Source: Octopus sinensis
Taxonomy: Eukaryota
DNA: 64,000 bases
Direction: 5' to 3'
Assembly: GCF_006345805.1 (NCBI RefSeq)
Contig: NC_042998.1
Span: 53,568,001-53,632,000 of the forward strand
The notes beneath the pieces are model-generated. The model was not told the origin of the DNA and did no database searches. It worked only from the letters and a program-made list of their open reading frames with translations. Position 1 is the stretch's first letter. Each line of letters starts with the position of its first letter. This document shows positions 53,020 through 64,000 of this stretch, piece by piece. A program made the position numbers and the translations under genes.

Positions 53020-53240
53020 ATGTATATATGTATGTATATTTTTGTGTGTCTGTGTTTGTTCCCCCAACATTATTTGATAACCGATGCTGGTGTGTTTACA
53101 TCCCTGTCACTTAGCAGTTCAGCAAGAGAGACCGATAGAATATGTACTAGGCTTACAAAGAATAAGCCCTGGGGTCGATTTGCTCGACTAAAGGTGGTGC
53201 TCCAGCATGGCCACAGTCAAATGACTGAAACAAGTAAAAG
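53020..53240 (+). mobile_element. SINE family B, 3' half
   Basis: Consensus match. Confidence 0.8.
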
Positions 53241-54328
53241 AATTAATTTTCTTATGTCTCTGTCAGTGTTGACTTTTTTATCTTATTATATCTTCCTGTA
53301 ACTGTTCACAATCAATACACCAACACCACCACCACCACCACTACTATCATCATCATCATCATCACCACTATAATTCTCAGTAACAAAGCTCATTTTAGTT
53401 CAGCTCTTTGTTTGATGAGGTATCTCTACACTGACATTACAAATACTATCTGCCTTTCTCACTCTCTCTCATATCCATCTCTCTCTTTCTACCTTTCTTT
53501 AACCTCACCAGCAGAAAATCATTCTTTGCTACATATTGTATCCTAAACATATCTCTTTCTTTTTACCTTTCCCTTTGGCTAACTTTTTAACCATGTAATA
53601 AGTATTCCTTCCCCACCCCACTCCACATCATTAACACTTCTTGCTCCCTCTTTTTCTCTCATTCTTCACCTCTCCCTCCACTTGACCTAAATGTATTAAT
53701 ATCAATCACCTTTGTCTACTTATTCCTCTCTTTTTTCTTCACTCCTCTCTTCTCTCACTTTTACTCCACCTCCATCTCTTTAACTAACTGAATTATAATG
53801 AGTGGACAAACAAGCAAATTATTACATAGATACATCGAAGTAGATTTGAACATGAATATACTAATCACTGTTGTGCTTCATCACAGGAGAAAAGCTTCTC
53901 TTTTACAACAAATATGGGTTCATAACACACTGAATAATTTGTTCACTGAAGTTTACAAACAAGTGCATCAGTTCTTATTAGATTCATTGATCCAGCAGGG
54001 TGCTTCTGGCTGACAAGATTCAATGATGTCAAAACACCTAGCTATCCCAAATTCCTTAGTGCTAATAAATCCAGAGTGGTACGAACACAAATTCATCATA
54101 AAAGAATAGGTGTTTTTCCCTGTGACAAACACAACAGCAATTAGCATATACATGACTATCTATGTCTGTCTGTCTAAGGCAAATAGATAGATAGACAGAC
54201 AGACTGACAGATAAGATAGTTGGGTTAATTTGAGGGTGATTTTCCTATTAGGTCGAACCACCACATACAAGTTTCTTGACTGACATACATATATACATGC
54301 ATAAATCAGTATGGTATGATTTGGATGA

Positions 54329-54564
54329 TAAAGCGGCAAGCTGGCAGAAACGTTAGCATGCCGGGCAAAATGCTTAGCGGTATTTCGTCTGCCGTTACGT
54401 TCTGAGTTCAAATTCCGCTGAGGTCGACTTTGCCTTTCATCCTTTCAGGGGTCGATAAATTAAGTACCAGTTACGCACTAGGGTCAATACAATCGACTTA
54501 ATCCGTCTGTCTGTCCTTGTTTGCCCTCTCTGTGTTTAGCCCCTTGTGGGTAATAAAAGAAATA
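54329..54564 (+). mobile_element. Young SINE family A with 16-bp TSD
   Basis: ggtatgatttggatga at 54313-54328 and 54565-54580. Confidence 0.9.
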
Positions 54565-54949
54565 GGTATGATTTGGATGAGATTTGGGTGAGATATGAAG
54601 AAGGAATGGGAAAACCCCTAAGTTAAATTTTTCTTATTATTAGTTCTTAATATACACTATACACAATATGTTAACACTAACTCATATTAAAAAGTTTAGT
54701 TATTAATATAAAATATTTTTGAAGTTAAGAGGTTTCCTTCACCACTAAGTTCTTCTCACTTGGATCTCTTTGCATGGTACTATGAACAAACAAATACTTT
54801 CTGCAAAGCTTCGGGTGTTAACCAATGCCTTGTAAGAATAATATGATAGATAGAAACTGTAGGGAGACTGTATGTCTGTGGAGAGGGGTGTAACAATTTC
54901 TTTGGCAGCTACTTTAAAGTTATGCCAAATATCTTGACTTATTCAAACT

Positions 54950-55700
54950 GTATATGAAAATCATGTACACCATGTAAAACAAACATACATTTAGTCTACA
55001 TGGGAAAATAGAATCTTTGATTTAATCACAGTATTTGGTAGTCAAGAGAAAGGAACCAGCCAACACATTTTTCATATTTATTAATAATCCTCAGGGCTGC
55101 TTCTCAACTACAAAAGTTATGATGGAGAAGTCATCCTATGAAAGACATTTCATAGCACTTTTGTTAATAAATTCTCAGCCGTCAATTTTTGCACCATTCA
55201 TATGACGATACGCTACTATATCAGTTTATGTTTTTCATAAAATTTGTTCCTCATAACTTCAATTGCTGAGAGGCATGGTAAGTGATTCTGATGATTATTA
55301 ATAAATATAAAAACACGTGTCAGCCAATTACTTGCCCTTGGCTACCAAAGATTCTGCAATTTAATCACAGATTATATTTTCACAGCGAGAGTAAATGTAT
55401 ATTTGTTAAACATTTTCTATATGATTTCCATATAAACATTTATTTAAATGATGCTGTGTAGGTGCTTTTGTTATTAAATATCTAGCTGTCAACCTTGCAC
55501 CATATAAATTACTTTACACTTGTAATATGAAACACATGTCAGCGGTTCCTTTTGCTTAGCTACAGAAGATTCTGTGGTTTAATCACAGATTATATATTTT
55601 TACACTGAGATATATTTTTACAATGTGTGCTTATTAAACATACTGTATGTGGTTTTTAGATGCATATTTATTAAAATAAGGCTGTGTTAATATCACTGTT
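54950..55700. repeat. Diverged inverted-plus-tandem triplet element with hammerhead remnants
   Basis: One minus copy (about 54950-55099) and two plus copies (about 55285-55500, 55525-55700) share ctaccaaa..ctgtg.ttaaatca.agatt.tattttt..taaatgtat.tttgtt. Confidence 0.65.
55057..55099 (-). ncRNA. Decayed minimal hammerhead ribozyme
   Basis: cagcc CTGAGGA ttattaataaatat GAAA aatgtg TT ggctg; perfect 5-bp stem I; helix III ACACGTGT is intact in the sister copy at 55313-55320. Confidence 0.6.
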
Positions 55701-55707
55701 AACCCTT

Positions 55708-56010
55708 GTGGAGGCACATGACCTAGTGGTTAGAACAGCAGATTCACGGTTGAGGGATTGCAGGTTTGAATCTCAGACCGGGCGATGTGTGTGTTTATGA
55801 GCGAAAACACCTAAGCTCGACGCGGCTCCAGCAGAAGGTAATGGCAAACTTCTGCTGACTCTTTCACCACAACTTTCTCTCACTCTTTCCTCCTGCATCT
55901 TGCAGCTCACCTGCTACAGACTGGCGTCCCATCCAGGTGGGAACCTATACACCAAGAAACCAGGAAACCGGCCCTTATGAGCCAGGCATGGCTCAAGAAG
56001 GAACAAACAA
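55708..56010 (+). mobile_element. SINE family C
   Basis: Homologous to 23178-23470. Confidence 0.85.
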
Positions 56011-56959
56011 ACAACAACAACTGTTAACTCTTTGCCTGTCCAAACAGTCTTCATAAGTTTGCTCTAAAAGTCTAGGCTTGTTTTCAGACTTTTAGTTGGC
56101 CCTTGTTTGATACGTTCTGAGAGATATAAAGCTTTCCTTTCATAATTCTCAAGTTACTTAAAAAAAAATTGGGACTGTGTATCATAAACATGAATGCCAG
56201 GGAGATATGTCCTGTGTATCACAAGTAATACACAGAACAAACATAGAAATAATGCATACATTTTCCTATATGTTTATGCTAATCCATGTTTGTGTTTGTA
56301 ACCACACCTATATATGTGTTTGCATAAACTAGTGTCCTCCAGACAGTAATCATTTCCTTTGTTAATGAAATGTTTCACTTCATAAAATGCTTAATTAATA
56401 ATTTACTAGTTATTTCATGCTGATGATATCTAAAAAGAATGAATTAATGTTATAAAGGATTGCCAATTACTAGGAATTTTAAGAACCTCATAATAAGTAA
56501 AAAAAAAAAAAATTTTTTTTAATCAGATATATGAATTCTATGTGCCTTTCTCATTATAATTCCTTCATTTCAATTTCAAAATTCTAATCCTGCTCCATTT
56601 TATGGTAAAATGATTATCTCCTTTGAAAGGCTGTGACCGTTATAAGGACAACATGTGTATGTAAAAAATCATTCCACCTGCCAATGAAAATGGAAAATAT
56701 TCGTTTCATATTACCACCATGCTCAGTGCCGTTATGTATGATGTGTGTTTCCATCTAAAATGAAGATGAACACCATTCCTCCATGTGGTAAGCTTGAAAA
56801 ATGTGTTATGATATTAAGATATTGTTCATAACATGAAATCAACTGTAGCTTTAGTACACAAATAAAGAAATTCTATCCACCAATGCTTTGTTGAGCACCC
56901 ATTCTCATCATTTGACATTCACATTTATATATATATATTTGTATTTTGGGATGGTCACT

Positions 56960-57222
56960 AAAGGGATAGAGATGCTGCTAAAGCCATAAAGTGTCACACC
57001 TGATGCAGACTTTGTGGAGTTCACACTGAATATATCACCCACATCATAAGCAGTTGTCCAAAATTGTCATCGCAGTATTATCTACCAATGAGACATGACA
57101 TTGTAGCTAGGACACTCTATAATGAAATCTATCAGAAGGATAATCTCGAGGACAAAGAAATAAGAACCCACAATATGGTAGAAGCCACAGCCACTCATAA
57201 TAAAAAGGAATACTGGTGGAAT
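56960..57222 (+). mobile_element. R4/Dong-like LINE fragment (CCHC knuckle and RHD motif)
   Basis: CRLCGVHTEYITHIISSCPKLSSQYYLPMRHDIVARTLY...EYWWN. Confidence 0.75.
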
Positions 57223-57223
57223 G

Positions 57224-58880
57224 GTCAGATCTCACGTGACTGTTAAAATCTCCTAGAAGGTAGATGTTTTCATTGTTTGGTATATTTCTAATGACACAGT
57301 TCAGAGTTTTGTTGAACTGGTCCTTGGTCTCTTCTGAGCTACAGAGAGTGGGAGCATAGATGTTCAGTAGATGTACTGGGCCAGAAGAGCTTAAGAAGAG
57401 CAGAGAGAGGATACACTCAGTGCCTCCTGATGGTGGTTCTATTGAGGAGAGTAATGAGTTTCTCACTGCAAAGCCAATACCATGCTGACGAGATTCCTCT
57501 GGATCTCTTCCCTGCCAAAAGAAAGTGGAAGTCCTGTTCTTTGAGTTTGCCGTCTGAGGGGAGCCTTGTCTCCTGCGGTCCAACTTTAGGAGAAGTCCAT
57601 AGAGCAGAAAATGCTATTATATATGGCCTACATTGATCTGACAAAGGTCTTTGACTTGGTCAGTAGAAAAGGCCTTTTCATCCTGCTTCAAAAAATCAGA
57701 TGTCCACCAAATCTGCTGATGATCATCGAAGCTTTACCTGATGATATGCAAGGCACCATACAGCACAATGGGTCAACATCAGCTGCCTTCCAAATAAAGA
57801 ATGGAATAAAGCAAGGCTGTATCCTTGCTCCTACATTATTTGGCATCTTCTTCTTGCTGCTGCTGTCACATACCTTTGTGACATCAGACGATGAAGTGTT
57901 TCTGCACAGTAGAAGTGATGGGAAACTGTTCAATCTCCTGTGTCTGTGTGCCAAGACCAAAATCAGAAGTGTCCTGATCAAGGAGATGCTCTTCGCTGAT
58001 GCTGCTGCTCTGGTATCATATTCAGAAGAAGCCCTGCAAAGGCTCATCAACTGCTTTGAGCAAGCATGTAGAGACTTTGGCTTAGTTATCAGCCTCAAGA
58101 AGACCAACATCATGGGTCAGGCTACATCGGACACCTCAAGCATATATATTGGAGACCACAGACTACAGGAAGTGGAAAAGTTTACCTATCTTGGCTCTAC
58201 CATCACCTACAACCTATCCGTTGATGCTGAGCTCAATATATGCACTGGCAAGGCAGCTGCTGTGATGGCCCAACAAGCTGACCAAGATCAGAAAATAAAG
58301 ATTTACCAGGCATGTGTACTTAGCACTCTACTCTATGGCAGAGAGACCTGGATGCCATACACATGCCAAGAGCATTGTCTAAATATCTTTCACCTGCACT
58401 GCTTCCAGAAAATCCTTGGCATCAAATGGCAGGGTTGCGTGCCCAACAAAGATGTCCTCAAGCAAGCAGGAATACCAAGCATATTTGCACTCCTCACACA
58501 AAGACATATGAGATGGCTTGGATATTTTAGTTGTATGGAAGATGGCAGAATCCCCAAAGACATACACTATGGAGAGTACCATTCTTACAGTACAAGGATG
58601 TCTGCAAAAGGGACCTGAAGGCCTGCAACATCAATATTAGCAACTGGGAAGTGGTTGCCAGCAACCATGGAGATTGGTGACACATCATAGAAGATGGAAC
58701 ACAAAGGAGTGACAGAGGGAGAGAGGAGAAATGGAAAGACAAGAAAATACGACAAGAAGCTATGATATTACAACCAGCCAGGCAAAGTCTTCGCTACATC
58801 TGCATCACCTGCCAGAGGGAATGTTTGACTATGATAGGACTACACAGCCACAGCAGGAGATGTTTAAGGACATGAAATGT
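57224..58880. mobile_element. RTE-clade LINE, 5'-inverted, inactive
   Basis: APE endonuclease on minus strand (QETRL, HGIGFAV, IYAPT, LGDFNS; 57224-57576); RT on plus strand (YIDLTKVFD, GIKQGCILAP, FADA for FADD) followed by a C2H2 tail; frameshifts. Confidence 0.92.
57611..58618 (+). pseudogene. Truncated RTE reverse transcriptase ORF
   Basis: 335-aa ORF with RT motifs; catalytic FADD reads FADA; frameshift near the C-terminus. Confidence 0.9.
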
Positions 58881-59444
58881 AAAAACTAGACTGGATTACT
58901 TTATGTGCAACTCCATATATATGTATATATATGTATGTATGTATATGTGAAAGTATATGAATGGCTGGTAAATCAAATATTTGATAATATTTGTCTTTAT
59001 GCCTCTTCTTCTCTATTTCAGATTTTAAATTTGTTCCTGGTTTCTGATGGCCTGTGTATTTGTATGCCCAGTTGTCTCTCCATGGTGCACTCACACACTC
59101 CAAAATGTGGCCTGTAGCCTTGAGAAGACTCCATCTAGCATTCTTCCAATACATATCCGCAAATAGATATGTTCACAAAACTTAAAGATATTTTATTTAA
59201 CTGTATGTATTTATGAATATGTACATGCATTTAAATATATTTGTTTAAGGAATAAACATCTTGAAACACAGAAGCACACACATGCCTGCCTGCACACACA
59301 TACACATACACATACATATACATGCATATTATATATACAAAATATACACGTGCTTGCACATATACACACATACACATATATGCTTATATATTCATATATA
59401 TACATATAGGCATATATTCATATATATATATATATACTCTTTTA

Positions 59445-59661
59445 CTCTTTTACTTGTTTCAATTATTTGACTGTGGCTATGCAGGAGCATCGCTTTTAGT
59501 TGAGCAAATCAACCCCAGGACTTATTCTTTGTAAGCCTAATACTTATTCCATCGGTCTCTTTTGCCGAACTGCTAAGTTACGGTGATATAAACACACCAG
59601 GATTGGTTGTCAAACGATGTTGGGGGGACAAACATAGACACACAAATGTATACACACACAT

Positions 59662-59692
<31 letters not shown>

Positions 59693-59848
59693 CGACGGGC
59701 TTCTTTCAGTTTCCGTCTACCAAATACACTCACAAGGCTTTGGTCAGCCTGAGGCTATAGTAGAAGACACTTGCCCATTGTGCCACGTAGTGGGACTGAA
59801 CCTGGAACCATGTGGTTCATAAGCAAGCTACTTACCACACAGCCACAA
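59445..59848 (-). mobile_element. SINE family B (reverse)
   Basis: Near-consensus copy. Confidence 0.85.
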
Positions 59849-59859
59849 TTATCATCATC

Positions 59860-60740
59860 ATCATTTAATGTCTGTTGTCCATACTGGCTTGGGTTGGATG
59901 GTTCGATCAGGGCTGGTAAGCTGAAAGGTTGCACCACACTCCAGTCTGATTTGGAATGGTTTTCTAAAGCTCGATGCCCTTCCTAACACCAACTACTCTG
60001 AGAGTGTAATGGGTGCTTTTCGTGCCACCAGTATGGGTGCCATTTGCATGACACCAGTATCTGCCATGACTGTGAAATATGCTCAGCTTGTTGGGTCTTC
60101 TCAAGCATGACATAATGCCAAAGGTATTGATCATTGCCTCTGAGAGGCCCAACACTCAAAAGGTGTTAGTTACATGACACCAGCATCAGCCATAACTATT
60201 ATTTCACTTGGCTCAACAGGTCTTCTGAAGCACAGCATATCGCTAAATGTCTTGGTCACTAGTCATTGCCTCTGTGAAGCTCAAAGTTCGAAGATCATGC
60301 TTCACCACTTCATCCTATGTCTTCCTGGATCTACCTCTACCACAGGTTCCCTCCACAGTTGGAGACTGGCACTTTTCCACACAGCTGTCCTCGTGCATAT
60401 GCATCACATGACCATGTCAGCACAGTCATCTCTTTGCACATCACATCTGATGCCTCTTGTGCCTAACTTATGTCTAACTCTCAAGATGCTTACACTCTGT
60501 CGAACTTGCACACTGACATTGCACATCCAGCAAAGCATACTGACTTCATTTCTTTCAGGTCTACACATGTCCTCAGCTGCCACAGCCCATATTTCACAGC
60601 CATATAATATAGCTGTTTGCATACAGGCATCATACAATCTTCCTTTTACTCTGTGAGAGAGGCCTTTGTTGCCAGCAGAATTAGGAGCTCTCTGAACTTT
60701 GCTCAGCCTAATCTTATTCTCATAGCTATGCATTCAGAGC
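59860..60740 (-). mobile_element. 3' end of a second RTE LINE family (ORF C-terminus, long 3' UTR, GAT tail)
   Basis: Minus strand KGLSHRVKGRLYDAC..TAILYGCEIWAV..EDM.R.ERNEVSML.WMCNVS; followed by the gttaggaagggcatc module. Confidence 0.85.
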
Positions 60741-60801
60741 ATCCACCTCCACTACTAAAACTATAATAGAAGCTATCTACTAGCACTAGCTTGCCCCCTC
60801 A

Positions 60802-60855
<54 letters not shown>

Positions 60856-62160
60856 ATACACACACACGCATAAATTTATATATATATTGACATGTGTGTA
60901 TGCAGGCATGTTATACATAAGTTTCTACTTGGATATGTAATGGTTATTATTTAAGAATGTAAAAACAAAAGAAATCATAAGATTTATAAAGTTATTTTTC
61001 CATGACAATTCCGTTGATTTGCCAAGACAAGTATTTCAGCACTTTATCTACAATATACATCTACATATGTGAGTATGTATATTTATATATACAAACATAC
61101 ATGCATGCATACATACATGCATGCATACATACATACATACATACATACATACATACATACATACATGCATGCATGCATGCATACATATATACATACATAC
61201 ATATATGTGTATGTGTGTATGTGTGTGTACGTTTACTTATATGTGTGTGTGTCTTTATCAACATGTTTGTCTAAGTGCATTTTCAAACATAAATGAAACA
61301 GTTTTGGTAATAAGAAAATTGGAGCTGAAATGTTGACAAGTGAGAATGGTATTAAGTGCATTTGTTTGAATGTGCACTTGAACACCATATTTTACACAGG
61401 AATCAAATTCTGTTTGATATTATAATCATACAATCATTTTAAATACAATAATCATTTAGTCTTTCTAGTTTTTTGTTCTTTGCATTAAATAATGCCTTTT
61501 TGAAATGCTTTCTTCAAATATTCTCTTTTGTAAATTCATATATATTGAAATAAAAAAAAGGAATAACAAAATTTAATGAAAAAAAATTGCAGAAATTATC
61601 TGATTGGTATGAAACATGTCGTTTTCCTAAAGTGCAAAATCCTCAGTAGAAAAGTGTTTCTAAATAGTCACAATTAAAATGTTGCTATTGAAGGAAAATA
61701 ATCATCTGATTATTACTAAAATAAAAATATAAGAAAAAAATAAATAATAGTCATCAAAATATCTTTGTTTCAATCAGATTTAAAATTATTTAGTTCAGAT
61801 GGGTTTTGCATGAACTGTGTAATAAAGTTTAAGGAAAACATGAGCTGATAAAATATCTGCTATGTTCGATGTAATTTCACTGCATTCTATATCATGGACA
61901 TAAGAGATTACACATATTACACAAATATACACACAAATACATATATATATATGGGTGTATGTGTGCATGCATGTAAGTATGTATGAGTGCATGTATGTAT
62001 GAATACTGTTTTGTGATACAGTTGGTTAACATATGACTTACTAATAGCAAAGCTATATCTGTATAACTCTCCAACATTCCCCCTCTTTCTTTCTCTCTTT
62101 ATGTGTGTGTGTGTGTGAATAGATATACTTATGCACATACACATGGGTGAACACACACGC

Positions 62161-62231
<71 letters not shown>

Positions 62232-62799
62232 ATATAAATTACACACATGCAAACATAGGCATAGATACACAGATAGACAGAAACAAGAAACAGAGAGACA
62301 AGAGAGAGATGACAGAGACAGAGTTAGATTAGGCTGATACAAATCTTATAGCATTTGATTACAAATTGCCTCTCTTAAATTGCTACATTCATTTTCAAAA
62401 TCACATATTGCATTATACGACATGTATGTAGCAATAGAGTGAAAGATATTATCTTAGTTTTAGAGAAAAGTTTTGATAGAATATGGATTTGTATTAAATA
62501 ATTAATTTATATCAAAATGTCTTAAGAGAAATTTTAATTCTATGTCTCACTGATATTTCGCTTTTGAGATATGGTTTAAAGAAAACTTGTCTATATTACT
62601 GGAAATAACTTGTTTCCAACAGAAATTCCTATTCAGTGTTCATTAGAACAGGGAGTCTGAATCCTTAATTCACAACATTACAAGGCATTTTATTTTGTTT
62701 ATCTCTCAACAAAATAAATAAATACCTTATTTTCAACCATACTAGTCAACATAGTATGTATACAGTATAAATATGTAGTAATGTGTGGATATGCAGGTG

Positions 62800-63150
62800 T
62801 GGCTTTGTGGAGGTGCAGGTGTGGCTTTCTGGAGGTGCAGGCATGGCTGTTCCAGGTTCAGTCTCACTGCATGGCACCTTGGGTAAGTGTCTTCTACTAA
62901 AGCCTCAGGCTGACATAAGTCTTGTGAGTGGATTTAGTAGACGGAAACTGAAAAAGCCTGTTGTATATATATGCAGATATATATGAGTGTGTGTCTTTGT
63001 GTCTGTGTTTGTCCCCCACCACCACCTGACAACTGGTGTTGGTGTGTTTATGTCCTTGTAACCGAGCAGTTCAGCAAAAGAGACCAACAAAATAAGTACA
63101 AGGCTTAAAAAATAAATCCTAGAGTCAATTTGTTTGACTGTTACCTTTCA
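62800..63150 (+). mobile_element. SINE family B
   Basis: Consensus match. Confidence 0.75.
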
Positions 63151-63173
63151 AGGCAATATATATATATATATAT

Positions 63174-63252
63174 ATCCAAATTTAGGGAATGGAGTAGGTA
63201 AAATCCAGGCGACATATCTTAGATTTTACTTATTCCATTCCCTAAATTTGGA
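63174..63252. repeat. Hairpin with about 32-bp arms
   Basis: atccaaatttagggaatggagtaggtaaaatc / gattttacttattccattccctaaatttggat. Confidence 0.85.
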
Positions 63253-63590
63253 TTTTTTTCGCATACACAGCAATCTCAGTTGCTAACCATGAACTATAAA
63301 ATTACTTTTTTTTTTTCAGTTTATCAAACTCTGATATGGGAAAAATTTACAACCTTCTATGTCAATAAACCACTATTGTGCCTGAAAATTGTATTTTATA
63401 CTTTCTACAGACTACTTGAAGCTTACTCATTTCCTATAACTGGATTCCTGGATTTTACCTTTATACATACATACATACATACATACATACATACATACTA
63501 CATACATACATACATACATACATACATACACACACACACATACATACATATATACATACATATATATATATACATATTATATATATAAAA

Positions 63591-63767
63591 TTGTAATGAC
63601 GTCAAACCAAATAGTGATATTTTAAAATCGTTTAATATATATATTTCAGGTCTGTGTAATATACAATAGGAAGTGCATCCATTACATAGGTATATTACCA
63701 CAGACCTAAACTGTACATATTAAATGACTTGAAAATATCACTATTTGTTTTGACTTCAATGTTACAA
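63591..63767. repeat. Imperfect fold-back (MITE-like)
   Basis: ttgtaa..gtcaaaccaaatagtgatatttt...ggtctgtg / cacagacc...aaaatatcactatttgttttgac..ttacaa. Confidence 0.75.
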
Positions 63768-64000
63768 CGAATATGACTTGATACCAGTACAAACAAATCT
63801 ATCCAGACTCCACCTATGCAGATAATCTTACAATGATTTGGAGTAGTTTGTTACATTTGACATGAGTCAAAGATTCTGGTGCCATGCACCACTTCTTAGC
63901 ATAATACAAAGCCTTGTGAATGGATTTTTGTTGATGGAGATTGAAAGAAGCCCATTATATGAATATGTGTGGGTGGGTGTGTGTCTTTGTGTTTGTCCCC

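Noticed and set aside
61596-61625. CTGATTG gtat GAAA CATG TC hammerhead look-alike
   Set aside because: G8 and A9 are absent, there is no stem II and no stem I complement; likely chance.

Overview
AT-rich, microsatellite-dense eukaryotic DNA. The SINE and LINE families look like those of an octopus or other cephalopod; this is recognition from memory, not a database hit. I found no intact protein-coding gene or autonomous element. Nearly all ORF-track hits are microsatellite or SINE read-throughs. Content: many copies of about 5 SINE or SINE-like families; RTE-clade and R4/Dong-like LINE remnants; decayed Tc1/mariner, hAT and piggyBac-like DNA elements; and Penelope-like element (PLE) fragments, including a GIY-YIG domain. 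The main observation is a recurring set of minimal type I hammerhead ribozyme (HHR) motifs with a self-complementary (palindromic) helix III. They sit in short fold-back or tandem elements from about 5 unrelated sequence families. One copy looks intact (47201-47318). Others show co-varying changes at core positions 3 and 8 (C3-G8, U3-A8, G3-C8). There are also two linked tandem-plus-inverted duplications that may be real or assembly artefacts, a 5'-inverted RTE, a mariner-type element built from two 3' ends, and a few weak candidate exons. Repeat boundaries are approximate (about +/-10-20 bp) unless a TSD or TIR is quoted.
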